Positions 1 through 10,974 of a DNA stretch of 64,000 nucleotides are shown here, piece after piece. The DNA lies in NCBI RefSeq assembly GCF_009914755.1, contig NC_060948.1, one strand, 5' to 3'. The translations under genes were made by a program, and so were the position numbers. Each line of letters starts with the position of its first letter. The first letter of the stretch is position 1. The notes under the pieces are model-generated. The model did not search any database. It was not told where the DNA came from and was given only the letters and a program-made list of their open reading frames with translations. This DNA is from the human T2T-CHM13v2.0 reference genome, Homo sapiens.

Positions 1-864
1 AGAGAAAGAGGAAAGAGAGAGAGAGAGTAAAAAGAGAGAGGAAGGGGAGAGTCAAAGACAGAGCAAAGAGAGAGAGAGAGGGGAATGAGAGAAGCAGAAA
101 GAGAGAGATAGAAGTAGTACAGAAAAAACATTGTGCCCTAATTCTTTGAAAGCCGAGGTAAATTTAAAACCTAAAATTGACAACTGAAGGTCTTCTCTGT
201 GACCCTATAACACTCCAGTACTACCTTATTGTCAGTGTAAACAAGGGCATAGCCTGAAAACATGGAGACTACTGACAACCCATAGTCTTCCTATCAAAAA
301 TCCTTAACCCAGTAATTCATGGATAGCCCAAATGCTCTAATACTTGGGAGAGGAAGTGAAAGTTTGAAGCATTAGTATCTAGGAGGCAGGGATTGGAGGA
401 AGTAGATTCAGAGGTAAGGAGAATTTTGGGGCTATAATTTTAAGAAAGTCGTGGTCAGGACCCAGGAGGTATGGGTCAGAAGGAGAGGTAGGGATGCACA
501 CATGGCGGACTGTTGGGTAGAGAATTCTGGCTGCACCATAATATTGACCAACCAATGCCAGGAGCTCAGGATGACAGCTTTCAACCTCTAGTTGACTCTT
601 GGCTTCCCCAGGAAAATTGTGAAAGCAGAAGCTGGTTCCAGGAAGACCAACACTCCCAACCCAGAAGGGCTGGAGGTTGTTAGAAAGCCTTTTCCCAGGA
701 AGTCTCACACCTGAGTCTTTACTCTGGCAGCCATGCTAATTGTTTTTAGCGACCAAAGATGCCTGGTATTTTCCTCCAATTCTAACGAAGGTTAGGAAAA
801 AATAGCAATGAAAGTGTTTCAATATTACTCAGCAATTTGGAGAATCCCTGTACAGGCCACCAAA
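1..864 (-). mobile_element. HERV-W (HERV17-int) 5' leader/pre-gag region, continues off the left edge
   Basis: Follows LTR17 and a primer-binding site on the minus strand; resembles recalled HERV17 leader, including a GA/TC-rich tract at 1-115; apparent internal deletion near 335. Confidence 0.8.
844..862 (-). promoter_or_regulatory. Primer-binding site (PBS), tRNA-Ile type
   Basis: Reverse complement TGGTGGCCTGTACAGGGAT vs tRNA-Ile(AAT) complement TGGTGGCCCGTACGGGGAT (2 CpG-type transitions), directly after the LTR. Confidence 0.8.
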
Positions 865-1703
865 TATTATCAGTGGGTCTTTGTTCCTATGGGTCCCAAG
901 ATGGTAGTAGGCCACCCCTAAGATGTGTTGGGCCACTCCCAAGATGGTAGCAAGCCTTTTGTCCTCTGGCCTGGGGTTCTTGGCCTTGTAGATTCCAAGG
1001 AATGGAACCTTGGGCCATGCCGTGAGTATTATAGCTCTATTAGAAACTGTGGGTCACAGAAGAGAACCACGGAACCCAGTGATTAGTGTTCCACTTGATT
1101 AGGATGAACCAGGGCACTTAGCCACGCAGGAAAAATTGTGAGCCTTTAGTCCAATCAGGAGTGGCAAAGGGTGCCTTGCTGGATCAGGAGTGCAGCAGAC
1201 ACCCTGCCAGAACCAGAGGGGTTAAAATCAGTGGCTGCTCTGTGGCAGTAGCATTCAGCAGTGGTGGATGGAGAGTGAAAGCTTAGCTCAAACTGGGACA
1301 AACTGCTTAGGTGATTTGACTAATAAATGCTGGTCTATTATTGAACTGTATAGAAGTGGGAAGGCCAGAAGAGTGTGCAGTTGCAAGATTTAATAGAGTG
1401 AAAACAGAGTTCCCATAGAATGGGATGAGACCCAAATGGATTTGCCCACTCTGGCTTGAATGCCTGGGGTTTATATCCCAATCATTTCCTCTCCCCCTGT
1501 GTTCTAAGATGGTAGATGATTTGACTATTTCTCTACCTCCTGCTTTTAGCCTAATTTGTATTTTAGTGAGCCCTCTTTACTACTTGATCGGTCAGTTGTG
1601 AACTGAGTTACAAGCCCTGTGTTTAAAGGTGGTTGTGGTCACCTTCCCAGCTAGGCTTAGGATCTCTTAGCTGGCCTAGGAAACCCAGCTATTCCTGTCT
1701 TCA
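865..1703 (-). mobile_element. LTR17 (HERV-W 5' LTR) inserted in HERV-H pol
   Basis: Reverse complement starts TGAAGACAGGAATAGCTGGGTTTCCTAGGCC, matching the LTR17 start; TATA-like (tttatatc ~1470) and AATAAA-like elements. Confidence 0.9.
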
Positions 1704-1759
1704 CAGCTAGGGTGTCTTCATATGGCTGGGAATCTGGGGAGTAGGCAAAAGAAGGTTAG

Positions 1760-3296
1760 GAACCTCATGAACTTCCTGTCTATCCTGCTGGAGGACTGGA
1801 AGATAGTTGCCTAGAAGGCTGATGTCTGGAAGAAGGTTGCGGCTGAGCAAGACAGTGCATCAATATACAAGTTCAAATAGACTGTACCCTGTAGTATCTA
1901 GAGCACAGACTCTAATTCTGAGAAGGGCAAGAGTTAAAAGTACTGTCCAATCCTTTTTAAGTTGGAGGCTGCGCTTGGTGAATTGTGTTTTTAAAAGACC
2001 ATTAGTCCATTCTACCTTTTCTGAAGATGGAGAATCGTAAGGGGGTATGAAGTTTCCACTGAATACTAAGAGCCTGAGAAACTGCTTGGGTGATTTGACT
2101 AATAAATGCTGGTCTATTATTGAACAGTATAGAAGTGGGAAGGCCAAACTGAGGAATTATATCTGACAGAAGGGAAAAATGACTGCAGTGGCCTTCTGAG
2201 ACTGTGTTGGAAAGGCCTCTACCCACCCAGTGTAAGTGTCTACCCGGACCAAGAGGTATTTTAGTTTCCTGACTTGGGGCATGTGAGTAGAGTCAATTTG
2301 CCTGTCTTGGGCAGGGGCAAATCCCCGAGCTTGATGTGCAGGGAAGGGAGGGGGCTTGAAAAATCCCTGAGGAGTAGTAGAATAGCAGATGGAACATGGA
2401 AAAGTAATTTCCTTGAGGATAGATTTCCATGATGGAAAATAAATTAGAGGTTCTAAGAGGTGGGCTAGTGGCTTGTAACCTACATGGAAGAGGTTATGAA
2501 GTGATGACTGAAAAGAATGGGCCTTGATGCTGCAAGGAGATATTTTCCTTGGTACAAGAACCATTTGGTTTGTGTGGGAAGAGATTGATAGGTGGAAGTT
2601 TCAGTGGGATAGTAGGTGGGAGTGACTGATGAGAAAGAGAAAAACTGGCCATGAGGGTCAGAAGTTGGAGCTCTAGCTTCTTCTTTAGCTACCTTACCAG
2701 CATAAGCATTGTCCTAAGTTATGGGATCTGATGTCTTTTGATGGCCTTTGCAGTGAATGACTCTAGCTTCCTTTGGAAGAAAAGTGACCTTCAGAAGCAC
2801 TTTTATTAAAGAGGCATTAAAGATGGAGGAGCCTTGCATAGTAAGGAAACCTCTTTCAGCCCATATAATAGCATGGTGGTACAGCATATGGAAGGTATAC
2901 TTACAGTCAGCATAAATATTAATGCATAGTCCCTTTGCAAGAGGGAGGGTCTGAGTTAAGGCAATGAATTAAGGCTTGCTGAGAAGTAGTGGAGTGGGTC
3001 CGAGTGGTAGCCTCAATGATAGATATGGAAGACAGTATAGCACAGCCTGCCTTTGACAGTGATTGGCGATTGGGCCTGGAAGAACTATCAATAAGCTACG
3101 TGTGGTCTGGTTGGGGAACAGGAAAAAGAAAAATATGAGAAAATGGAGAGAATGAATGGTTTAGTTAGGATGCCAAACCAGGTATCCAAAGGCGGAAGTA
3201 CCTAACCGTGCCTAGGAAGTTAAGGAATTGTTGTTTCATATAAGGGGTTGGGGTTTGCAAGGTTAGCCAGACACAATCAGCAAGGAGAACACATCT

Positions 3297-3350
<54 letters not shown>

Positions 3351-4000
3351 ATTAGGTCGAGGTAAATAACGGATGAGAAAGAAATTTGGTTTTTGGAGGG
3401 AGATGCACTATGTCCTTTTGAGAATAGACATTGGAGGAGCAGGAGGGTGTTCTGTTGGGAAGATTTGTAGGAGGGGCTATAAAGTAGGTTATCAAAATAT
3501 TCAATAAGCTGAGAAGCGGATGGATGGAAAGAAAGTAAATCAGGAGAAAGGGCTTGAGTGAAGTAATGGAGACGGTCCATGAAGCCTTCCAGCATTATAG
3601 CCCACGAAAGTTGCTGAAAGTTATGGGTGTCTGGGTCAGTCCAAGTGAAAGCAAAGAGAACCTGGGAGGAGGGATGCAAAGGGATAGTAAAAAAGGCATT
3701 TTTTTGAGGTCAATAACAGAATAGTGAGTTGTGGAAGGGGTTATTGAAGATAGGAGTGTGTATGGGTTTGGTAATATAGGATGGATGGGGAGGACAATTT
3801 GATTAATAAGGCCAAGATCCTGAACCAATTTGTAAGACTTGTCTGGTTTCTGGACAGGTAAGATGGGGGAATTGTAACGAGAGTTTGTAGGCTTTAGAGG
3901 CCCATGATGTAACAGGTGATAACAGGCTTTAGTCCTTTTACAGTGTGCTGTGGGATGGATTATTGGCATTGAGTGGGGTAAGGGTGATTAGGTTTTAATG
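1760..4000 (-). pseudogene. pol: HERV-H pol remnant (RT, RNase H, IN), many frameshifts and stops
   Basis: ORFs 3595-3969, 3263-3679, 2157-2564, 1860-2147 carry RT/IN motifs in different frames. Confidence 0.9.
3298..3346. repeat. 49-nt poly(T) run inside HERV-H RT
   Basis: Directly visible homopolymer. Confidence 0.95.
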
Positions 4001-4199
4001 GGATGGTAAGGGGTGCATGATCAGTCACCAAGGGGGGAGTAGAGGTGTCCCATAATTGTGGATTAAGGTGGGGAGTTACAAGGGGAGGATGTGATGGAGG
4101 CTTTGAACTGGGGAAAAGCATGGCAAGGAGGTGTGGCTATAGCCTAGGGATAGCCAGGGAAGCAGATTATTTAGTTAAAATGCCTTGACCTAACAAGGG

Positions 4200-5620
4200 A
4201 ACTGGGCCAGTGGGGATAACTAAAAAAGAGTGCATAAAATAATATTGTCCAAGTTGGCACCAGAGTTGGGAGTTTTAAGAAGTTTAGAAGTCTGGCCATC
4301 AATACCCACAACAGTTATGGAGGCAAGGGAAACAGACCCTTGAAAATAAGGCAATATGGGGTGGGTAGCCTCACTATTGATTAAGAAGGGGATGGACTTA
4401 CCCTCCACTGTAAGAGTTACCCAAAGTGTCTGTGATCATCCAGGAGGCTTTTGAGGTGATCAGGCAGCATCAGTCTTCAGCCACTAAGCTGAGAAGATCT
4501 GGGAGGTAGTCAGTCAGAGAGCCTTGGGCCAGAGTTCCAGGGGCTCTGGGAGTGGCTTCTGGGTGAGGTGGACAGTCTGATTTCCAGTGGGGTCCTGCAG
4601 AGATGGGATGTGGCTCAGGAGGAATCCTAGGCTGCAGTCATTCCTTGTCCCAGTGGCCAGATTTCTGAAACTTGAAGCAAAATCCTAGGGCAGGAGGCCC
4701 TGGAGGGATGCCTGGCTGCTGTGGTTCAGTTGTTCTGAAGTTCTTGTGTGCTGGAGATGTGGCTGGGGTCCCTCTCACAGTGGAGACAAGTAATTTCAAC
4801 TCTCCTTTATTATTGTACACCTTGAAGGCAAGGTTAGTTAAGTCCTGTTGTGGGGTTTGAGGTCCAGAATCCAATTTTTGGAGCTTCTTGTAATGTCAGA
4901 AGCAGATTGGGTAATAAAATGTATACTGAGAATAAGATGGCATTCTGGCCCTTCTGGGTCTAGGGTGGTAAGGCTTCTAAGTGTTGTTGCCAAATGGGCC
5001 ATGAACTGGGATGGGTTTTTATATTTGATGAAAAAGAGCCTAAATGCTAACTGATTTGGGAGACGGCTGATAAAGAAAAGCGAACATTAACCTTGACCTT
5101 GCCTTCAGCTCCAGCCACCTCTTTATGAGGAAATTGTTGGACAGGTAGGGGAGGGCTAGTCACAGAATGAAACTGTAAGCAGAACCAGGTGTGAGGAGGA
5201 GAGGTGATGAAAGGATTATAGGGTGGAGGAGCAGAGGCTGAGGAGGAATTGGGACCTGGCTAGGTCTGTCAAGGAGCAGTCTGGGGAGGAGGGGAGAGGT
5301 CAGATGGGCCCCTAGAAAAGGAGGATTCAGAGGACTCAGAGCTTGGGGTAGAGACTTAAGGAACAGGCAGGAAAGGAAGAAGAAGGATTTGGTAAAAGTT
5401 GCATTGGGATTAGAGACTAGGGAGGGACACATATGTAAAAGAATGCCTGGATGTCAGGCACCTCAGACCATTTGCACATTTATGACAAAAATTATTTAGG
5501 TCTCATAGGATGGATAAATTGAAAGTACCATTTTCTGGCCATTTGGAACAATTATTAAGTTTGTATTGGGGCCAAGCAGTGTTGCAAAAAAAAAAAAATA
5601 AGATGCTTAGGTTTTAGGTC
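4200..5620 (-). pseudogene. gag: HERV-H gag/pro remnant
   Basis: ORFs 4638-4874 (capsid C-terminus and degenerate zinc knuckle) and 4220-4408 (protease-like). Confidence 0.8.
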
Positions 5621-6219
5621 AGGTGAGACTTGAAGAGATTTCACTTTCTTGAGAACACAGTTTAAGGGAGAAGGGGGAATGGAGGGTGGAAAGTTGCCCA
5701 CAGTGAAGGAGGCAAGCCCAGAGAAAAGAGAAAGTAGAGACATGGTGGAGGTACTTGCACCTCCAGGGGAGGTGGTGCTTGCCACCAAGGTGAAGGATCA
5801 AGGCCGTCATCCCCATGGTGATCAGACATGTCTGAAATGTGGGTGAATAATCAAGCAGGTGTCCCCACAGTGATTAAACACCAAGGGAAGACTATCTTCC
5901 CAAGTCCGTGACCAGTGATGGAGTTTTGGGTTCATGAATAAAACATGTCTCCTCTCTCTCTACCAGAAAAAGAAAGGAACTGAAATTAAGGGAAAGAAGA
6001 CATTGAAAGGTGGCACTGAAACTGAAAGGAGAAAGAGGTTGAGGGATAGTGAGAGAGGTTGGAGAAGAGAGTAAAAAGAGGCCCCTTACTCAATTTAAAA
6101 TTAGTGAGATGTTCCTTTGGCTGGTTGGTCTAAGGACCCAAGGTCATAGGTGGATCTTTCTCATGGAGCAAAGAGCATGAAGGAGGACAGGGGATTGATT
6201 TCTTATGGGAGGTCCCCCA

Positions 6220-6237
6220 GTCTGAGTCATGGCACCA
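6220..6237 (-). promoter_or_regulatory. Primer-binding site, tRNA-His
   Basis: Reverse complement TGGTGCCATGACTCAGA vs His PBS TGGTGCCGTGACTCGGA. Confidence 0.9.
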
Positions 6238-6239
6238 AA

Positions 6240-6607
6240 TGTCACATGCATCTGTGTGAAGAGACCACCAAACAGGCTTTGTGTGAGCAATAAAGCTTTT
6301 AATCACCTGGGTGCAGGGGGGCTGAGTCCAAAAAGAGAGTCAGCAAAGGGAGTTAGTGGTAGGGCAGTTTTATAGGATTTGGGTAGGTAGTGGAAAATTA
6401 CAGTCAAAGGGGTCTGTTGTCTTGCAGGCAGGGGTGGGGGTCACAAGGTGCTCAGTCGGGGAGCTTCTGAGCCAGGAAAAGGAATTTCACAAGCTAATGT
6501 CATAAATTAAGGCAGGAACTGGCCATTTTCAATTTTTTTGTGTGTTTCTTCAGTTGCTTAGGGTCATCTGGATGTATACGTGCAGGCTTGGGCTCAGAGG
6601 CCTGATA
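6240..6607 (-). mobile_element. LTR7-family LTR (5' LTR of the HERV-H)
   Basis: gaagagaccaccaaacaggctttgtgtgagc...gggctcagaggcctga, characteristic of LTR7. Confidence 0.95.
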
Positions 6608-7024
6608 GTCTTGTCTTCTTATATTAACAAGAAAAATAAAATAAAATAAAATAGCAGTGAAGTGTTGGGGCAGCAAAAATTTGGGGAGCTGTTATTGAGA
6701 GATAATGGGCGATGTTTCTCAAGGCTGCTTCGAGCGGGATTGGGCCAGTCTGGGAACCTAGAGAGGGAGAGGTTAAGCTGAAGGAAGATTTTGTGATAAG
6801 GAGTGATATTGTAGGGTCGTTAGAAGGAGTATTTGCCATATAGAATGATTGGTGATGGCCTAGATATAGTTTTGTATGAATCAAGAAACTAAATGGAAGA
6901 CACAAGGTCCAAATAAGAGAAGGACAAAAGCAGGTATTAAAGGACTAAAAATTGGGAGGAACCAGGACATCCAATTAGAGAGTGCTTGAGGGGGTTCAGC
7001 TTAATTTCTTGCTTGGTTGACAAA
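6608..7024 (-). mobile_element. HERV-H internal 3' end (env TM tail, 3' UTR, polypurine tract [PPT]) between two LTR7s
   Basis: PPT-like aagaagacaagac next to the LTR; matches recalled HERV-H 3' internal sequence. Confidence 0.85.
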
Positions 7025-7378
7025 TGTCATGCGTGTCCATGTGAAGAGACCACCAAACAGGCTTTGTGTGAGCAATAAAGCTTTTAACTACCTGGGTGTA
7101 AGTGGGCTGAGTCCAAAAAGAGAGTCAGCAAAGGGATTTAGGGGTGGGACCGTTTTATAGGATTTAGGTGGGTAGTGGAAAATTACAGTCAAAGGGGTTT
7201 TTTTCTTGCAGGCAGGGTTGGGGGTCACAAGGTGCTCAGTGGGGGAGCTTCTGAGCCAGGAGAAGGAATTCACAAGGTAATGTCAACAGTTAAGGCAAGA
7301 ACTGGCTATTTTCACTTCCTTGTGATTCTTAAGTCCATCTGGATGTATACGTGCAGGCTTGAGCTCAGAGGCCTGACA
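7025..7378 (-). mobile_element. Second LTR7-family LTR
   Basis: Direct repeat of 6240-6607; TG...CA termini. Confidence 0.95.
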
Positions 7379-7532
7379 CTTCCAGCACAGAGTGTGTATT
7401 ACAGGAAAACGACACTTTAGGGGAGTTCAGTTATGTTACTGAATATGCTTTGAACTTTCCTGAGCTAGCTCATTACCTGGGCTCTCTCTGTGATTTCACC
7501 TGATGATCCGGTCTATTCCTCCCAAGTCAGCT

Positions 7533-8456
7533 TGAAATCACCTTTGCAAACATTATAACTGAGGGAATTATGACAGTGAAAGAGATCAGAACTAACTGAT
7601 TCTGTGTTGCTTTTACCCTTTAAGCTGTCCTTGTTTATTCCTGGGTTTGGGTAGAACTAACTTTTGGAAGGAATTCAGTTCACAGTTTTGCTGTAGAAAA
7701 ACCAGGTTCTTGTCACATGACCAAAAAAGATTAGGTTGGCAGACACTTTGAAGGGTGAGTGGGAAGGGAATTTACTGGGTGAAAAGGAATAAACTCAGCA
7801 AGGGGTTCCTGTAAACAGGCTCCCATCTCAGAGATTGAATCCCAGGTTACCACCCAGGAACCAGTCCAGGCTTCTCCCAAGTGCAACAGTACAAACTTCC
7901 TGAGGCCCCACCATGTCCTCTCAGTGTGCAGGTGGGCATTATTCAGAAAGAATCAGTCAGCTGACAGATTAGATACAAGGTTAGAAGTTATGGTTTAGGG
8001 GTCATGCACCCTCTGACTCCAAGAGTCTGAACCTCCCCAAATTGCTCCTGAGGGTAACAACACTATTGTAAAACCTAAGATCAGTGCTTGACTTATTTTG
8101 CAGACCCTGCACTCGATGGATTGGCTGGCCCTGCCAAGACTGGTAATCTAGTTCAACCAGTTCTACCTTCCCACTCAGGAACAAAAGACAGCAAGAAAAG
8201 TTCATTTCAACCCTCTAGGATTCCGTCCCTAACCTGACCAATCAGCACTCCCCATTTCCCAAGCACCTACCTGCCAATTTATCTTTAAAAATTCTGATCT
8301 CTGAATCCTTGCAGAGACTGATTTGAGTAACAATAAAATTCCTTCTCCTGCACAGCCAGCTCTGCATGAATTATTATGTCTCCCTTGCAATTCCCCTGTG
8401 ATTATAAATCAGGTCTGTCTAGACAACAGGTAAGGTGAAACCATTGGGTGACTATA
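7533..8456 (+). mobile_element. LTR8 solo LTR (interrupted)
   Basis: Starts tgaaatcacctttgcaaa; 4-bp TSD AGCT at 7529-7532 and 8457-8460. Confidence 0.8.
7689..7960 (-). mobile_element. MER61-like ERV1 LTR fragment nested in LTR8
   Basis: Similarity to recalled MER61 consensus (cagacactttgaagggtgag, gattgaatcccaggttaccac). Confidence 0.55.
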
Positions 8457-8787
8457 AGCTTGCCCACAGCCATTGGAACCTGTACTAAGTACTGCCTACT
8501 CTGTTCTTATGACATGTCATCTCTTCGTACTTCCATTCAGGTCATGACTCCAAATGCCATGAAGGCATGCAGAGTACAGGGACATGTTCAAAATGTGTTG
8601 GCTCTATAATCCCATGGCAAGCTTCTTATGAATGGAAATCAAGGGATTGAAGAAACATCAAAAGAGGAACTGGGTCAAAAAACACAGATTTTAAAGAAAG
8701 TACTGTTCTGAAAATGTCAATCTGTATCAATTTTTATTTATTGACTCTCTCTCTGATATGTCTGTATGTGTGCATTATAGTATATTC

Positions 8788-9393
8788 TCAACAAAAAAGA
8801 ATCAAACTCTGTAAAATATTTGAAGAGATTTATCCTGATCCAAATATAAGTGAGTAATGTCCCATGACACAGCCCTCAGAAGGTCCTGAGAACATGTGCC
8901 CAAGGTGGTCAGGGTATCACTTGGTTTTATACGTTTTAAGAAGACATGAGACTTCAATCAAATACATTTTTAAAAGACACTGGTTTGGTTCAGAAAGGTG
9001 GACAACTCAAAGTGGAGGCTTCCACCTTGTAGGAAAATAAACAACTTTTCTGGGTGACATTGGTTGAGTTTATCTAAAGACCTGGGATTAATAGACAGAA
9101 ATGTCTGGGTTAAGATAAAAGATTGTGAAAACCCAAGTTCTTATTTGCAGAGGAAGCCTTTAGGTAGTAGGCTTCAGAGAAAATAGTTTGTACATTCTTC
9201 TTATCATACTTAAAAGTTGGTGTGGATGTTAATGCTACAGAGATATAATGAAGCTTGTCCAACCCTCACCCTCTTCCAACTTCCTATCATGGCCTGAACC
9301 AATCTTCCAGGTTAAAATCTAAGAGTGCCCTGGCTGAGGAGGAAATCCATTCAGATGGTTGGGGGAGGGCTTAGAATTTTATTTTTGGTTTAC
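8788..9393 (-). mobile_element. MER4-family LTR
   Basis: acagccctcagaaggtcctgagaacatgtgcccaaggtgg; ends tttttggtttaca. Confidence 0.8.
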
Positions 9394-9547
9394 AGTACTT
9401 ATATAATGATGAAGGATTAGCTTTTTAATTCTAGATCCAAAGCCATAGTGTTGCTGTTATAAGTATGTATACTGTACTTGTGCTTTGAGAAGCACCAAGG
9501 ACTTTTTTTCTTAAGGTGAGTAATTCTGTGGGCTTTGCTAGTATAAT

Positions 9548-9785
9548 GCATTAAGTTCTCCCTTAACTTTGTTAGTAGATTCTTGGAAACTGTGACTTTA
9601 GGTAAAATAACACACACCAAAACTAATTTTACCGTAGGCTACTTGATATAAACAAGAGGTAAGATCCTGTGAAATCCTTCTGGTTAGAAAAACATCAGCA
9701 AACTTGTAAATAAAGACCCACAACACTTTTGGTGTTAAAAATTGAATATATATATATATATAAAACATTAAAAGGAAGATAATGT
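9548..9785 (+). mobile_element. MER82-like (TcMar-Tigger) fragment
   Basis: Terminal-inverted-repeat (TIR)-like start ...cttaactttgttagtagattcttggaaactgtgacttt. Confidence 0.65.
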
Positions 9786-9823
9786 TTTACACATTTATTG
9801 GTGAATTCATGAGCTCATGAGAA

Positions 9824-10295
9824 TGAAATAGGGGGTCAGCACAAGCTACAGGACACAAAGACCTTGCTGATAAAACAGGTTGCTGTAAAGAAACAAGACA
9901 AAACTCACCAAAACCAAGATGGCAATGAAAATGACTTCTGATTGTCCTCAATGCTCATTATATGCTAATTAAAATGCATTAGCATTCTAAAATACCCTAC
10001 TACCAGTGCTGTGAGAGTTTACAAATATCATGGAAACATCAAGAATTTACCCTATATGGTATAAAAGGGGAGGATCCCTCAGTTCCAGCAATTGCTCACC
10101 ACTTTCCCAGAAAACTGATGAATAATCCACCCCTATTTAGCATAAGATCAAGAAATAACCCTAAGTATACTCAATTGAGCAGCCCATTCTGCTACTCTGA
10201 CTACGAAGTAGTCATTCTTTTATTCCTTTACTTTCTTAATAAACTTGTTTTCACTTTTTGAAGTGGCCCTGAATTCTTTCTTGTGTGGTCTAAGA
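9824..10295 (+). mobile_element. MER41B-like LTR (5' truncated)
   Basis: aaagaccttgctgataaaacagg, aaaaccaagatggc, ttaataaacttg typical of MER41. Confidence 0.8.
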
Positions 10296-10974
10296 AAGAA
10301 TGTTCTCTTTGGGGAATGTTGAATTGAATGACATTATTCAAGAACTTGATGTATGTTCCCATAGCTATCAATATCACCGTGTCCTCTTCTGACACCTGTT
10401 ATTTTCCACTGTTTTATTTGAACTATCCTGTCTTTATCCCACAAGTTTTTTTCTCCTCTATGTCTGCAACCACAATCTGTTTTAAAGCGCAAGTCAGGTA
10501 TTAACCCCTCATTGCTGTTTCAATTTGTGAGAGAAAAAAAGACATATGTTTTTATGCAACGGGATACTACTTGAATAAATTCATCAACAATACTCCAGAG
10601 TCACTAGAAAGTTACATTCAAGAGGTCCAAACAACATGAAGGTAATTAGTCAAAATTAAGAAGAAGGGTTATTCTGACATGCATAGAGATGACCCAGGTA
10701 AGTGGAGACCAAAAGAAGGACAATTGGCTTCAGATGTCTTTCCTACCAGAAATCAACTACAGAATTCTGATTCTTCACTTCTGAAAACTGGTGAAGCAAA
10801 ATCTACCAGCCTGGTATATACTAGGACTAAGCTGAGGTATCCAGTGGGGGGTTGAATTTGTGTCCAGTTAGAAATAGATTATTATACTATTATTATTATA
10901 GAAACATAACTAGTATTATAAATTTTATAAATTAGATGTTTAGAGCACAGGGTCAGCAGATAAATAAAAAAATC

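Larger units (their letters stand above)
1704..6239 (-). mobile_element. HERV-H internal region (defective gag-pro-pol)
   Basis: Translated fragments: gag (PQTPQQDLTNLAFKVYN, degenerate CCHC), protease (FLINSEATH), RT (YNSPILPVQKPDKSYKLVQDL; FAFTWTDP; YFDN), integrase (HNLFHVG..CSIC; VDTYTGWVEAFPT); His PBS. Confidence 0.95.
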
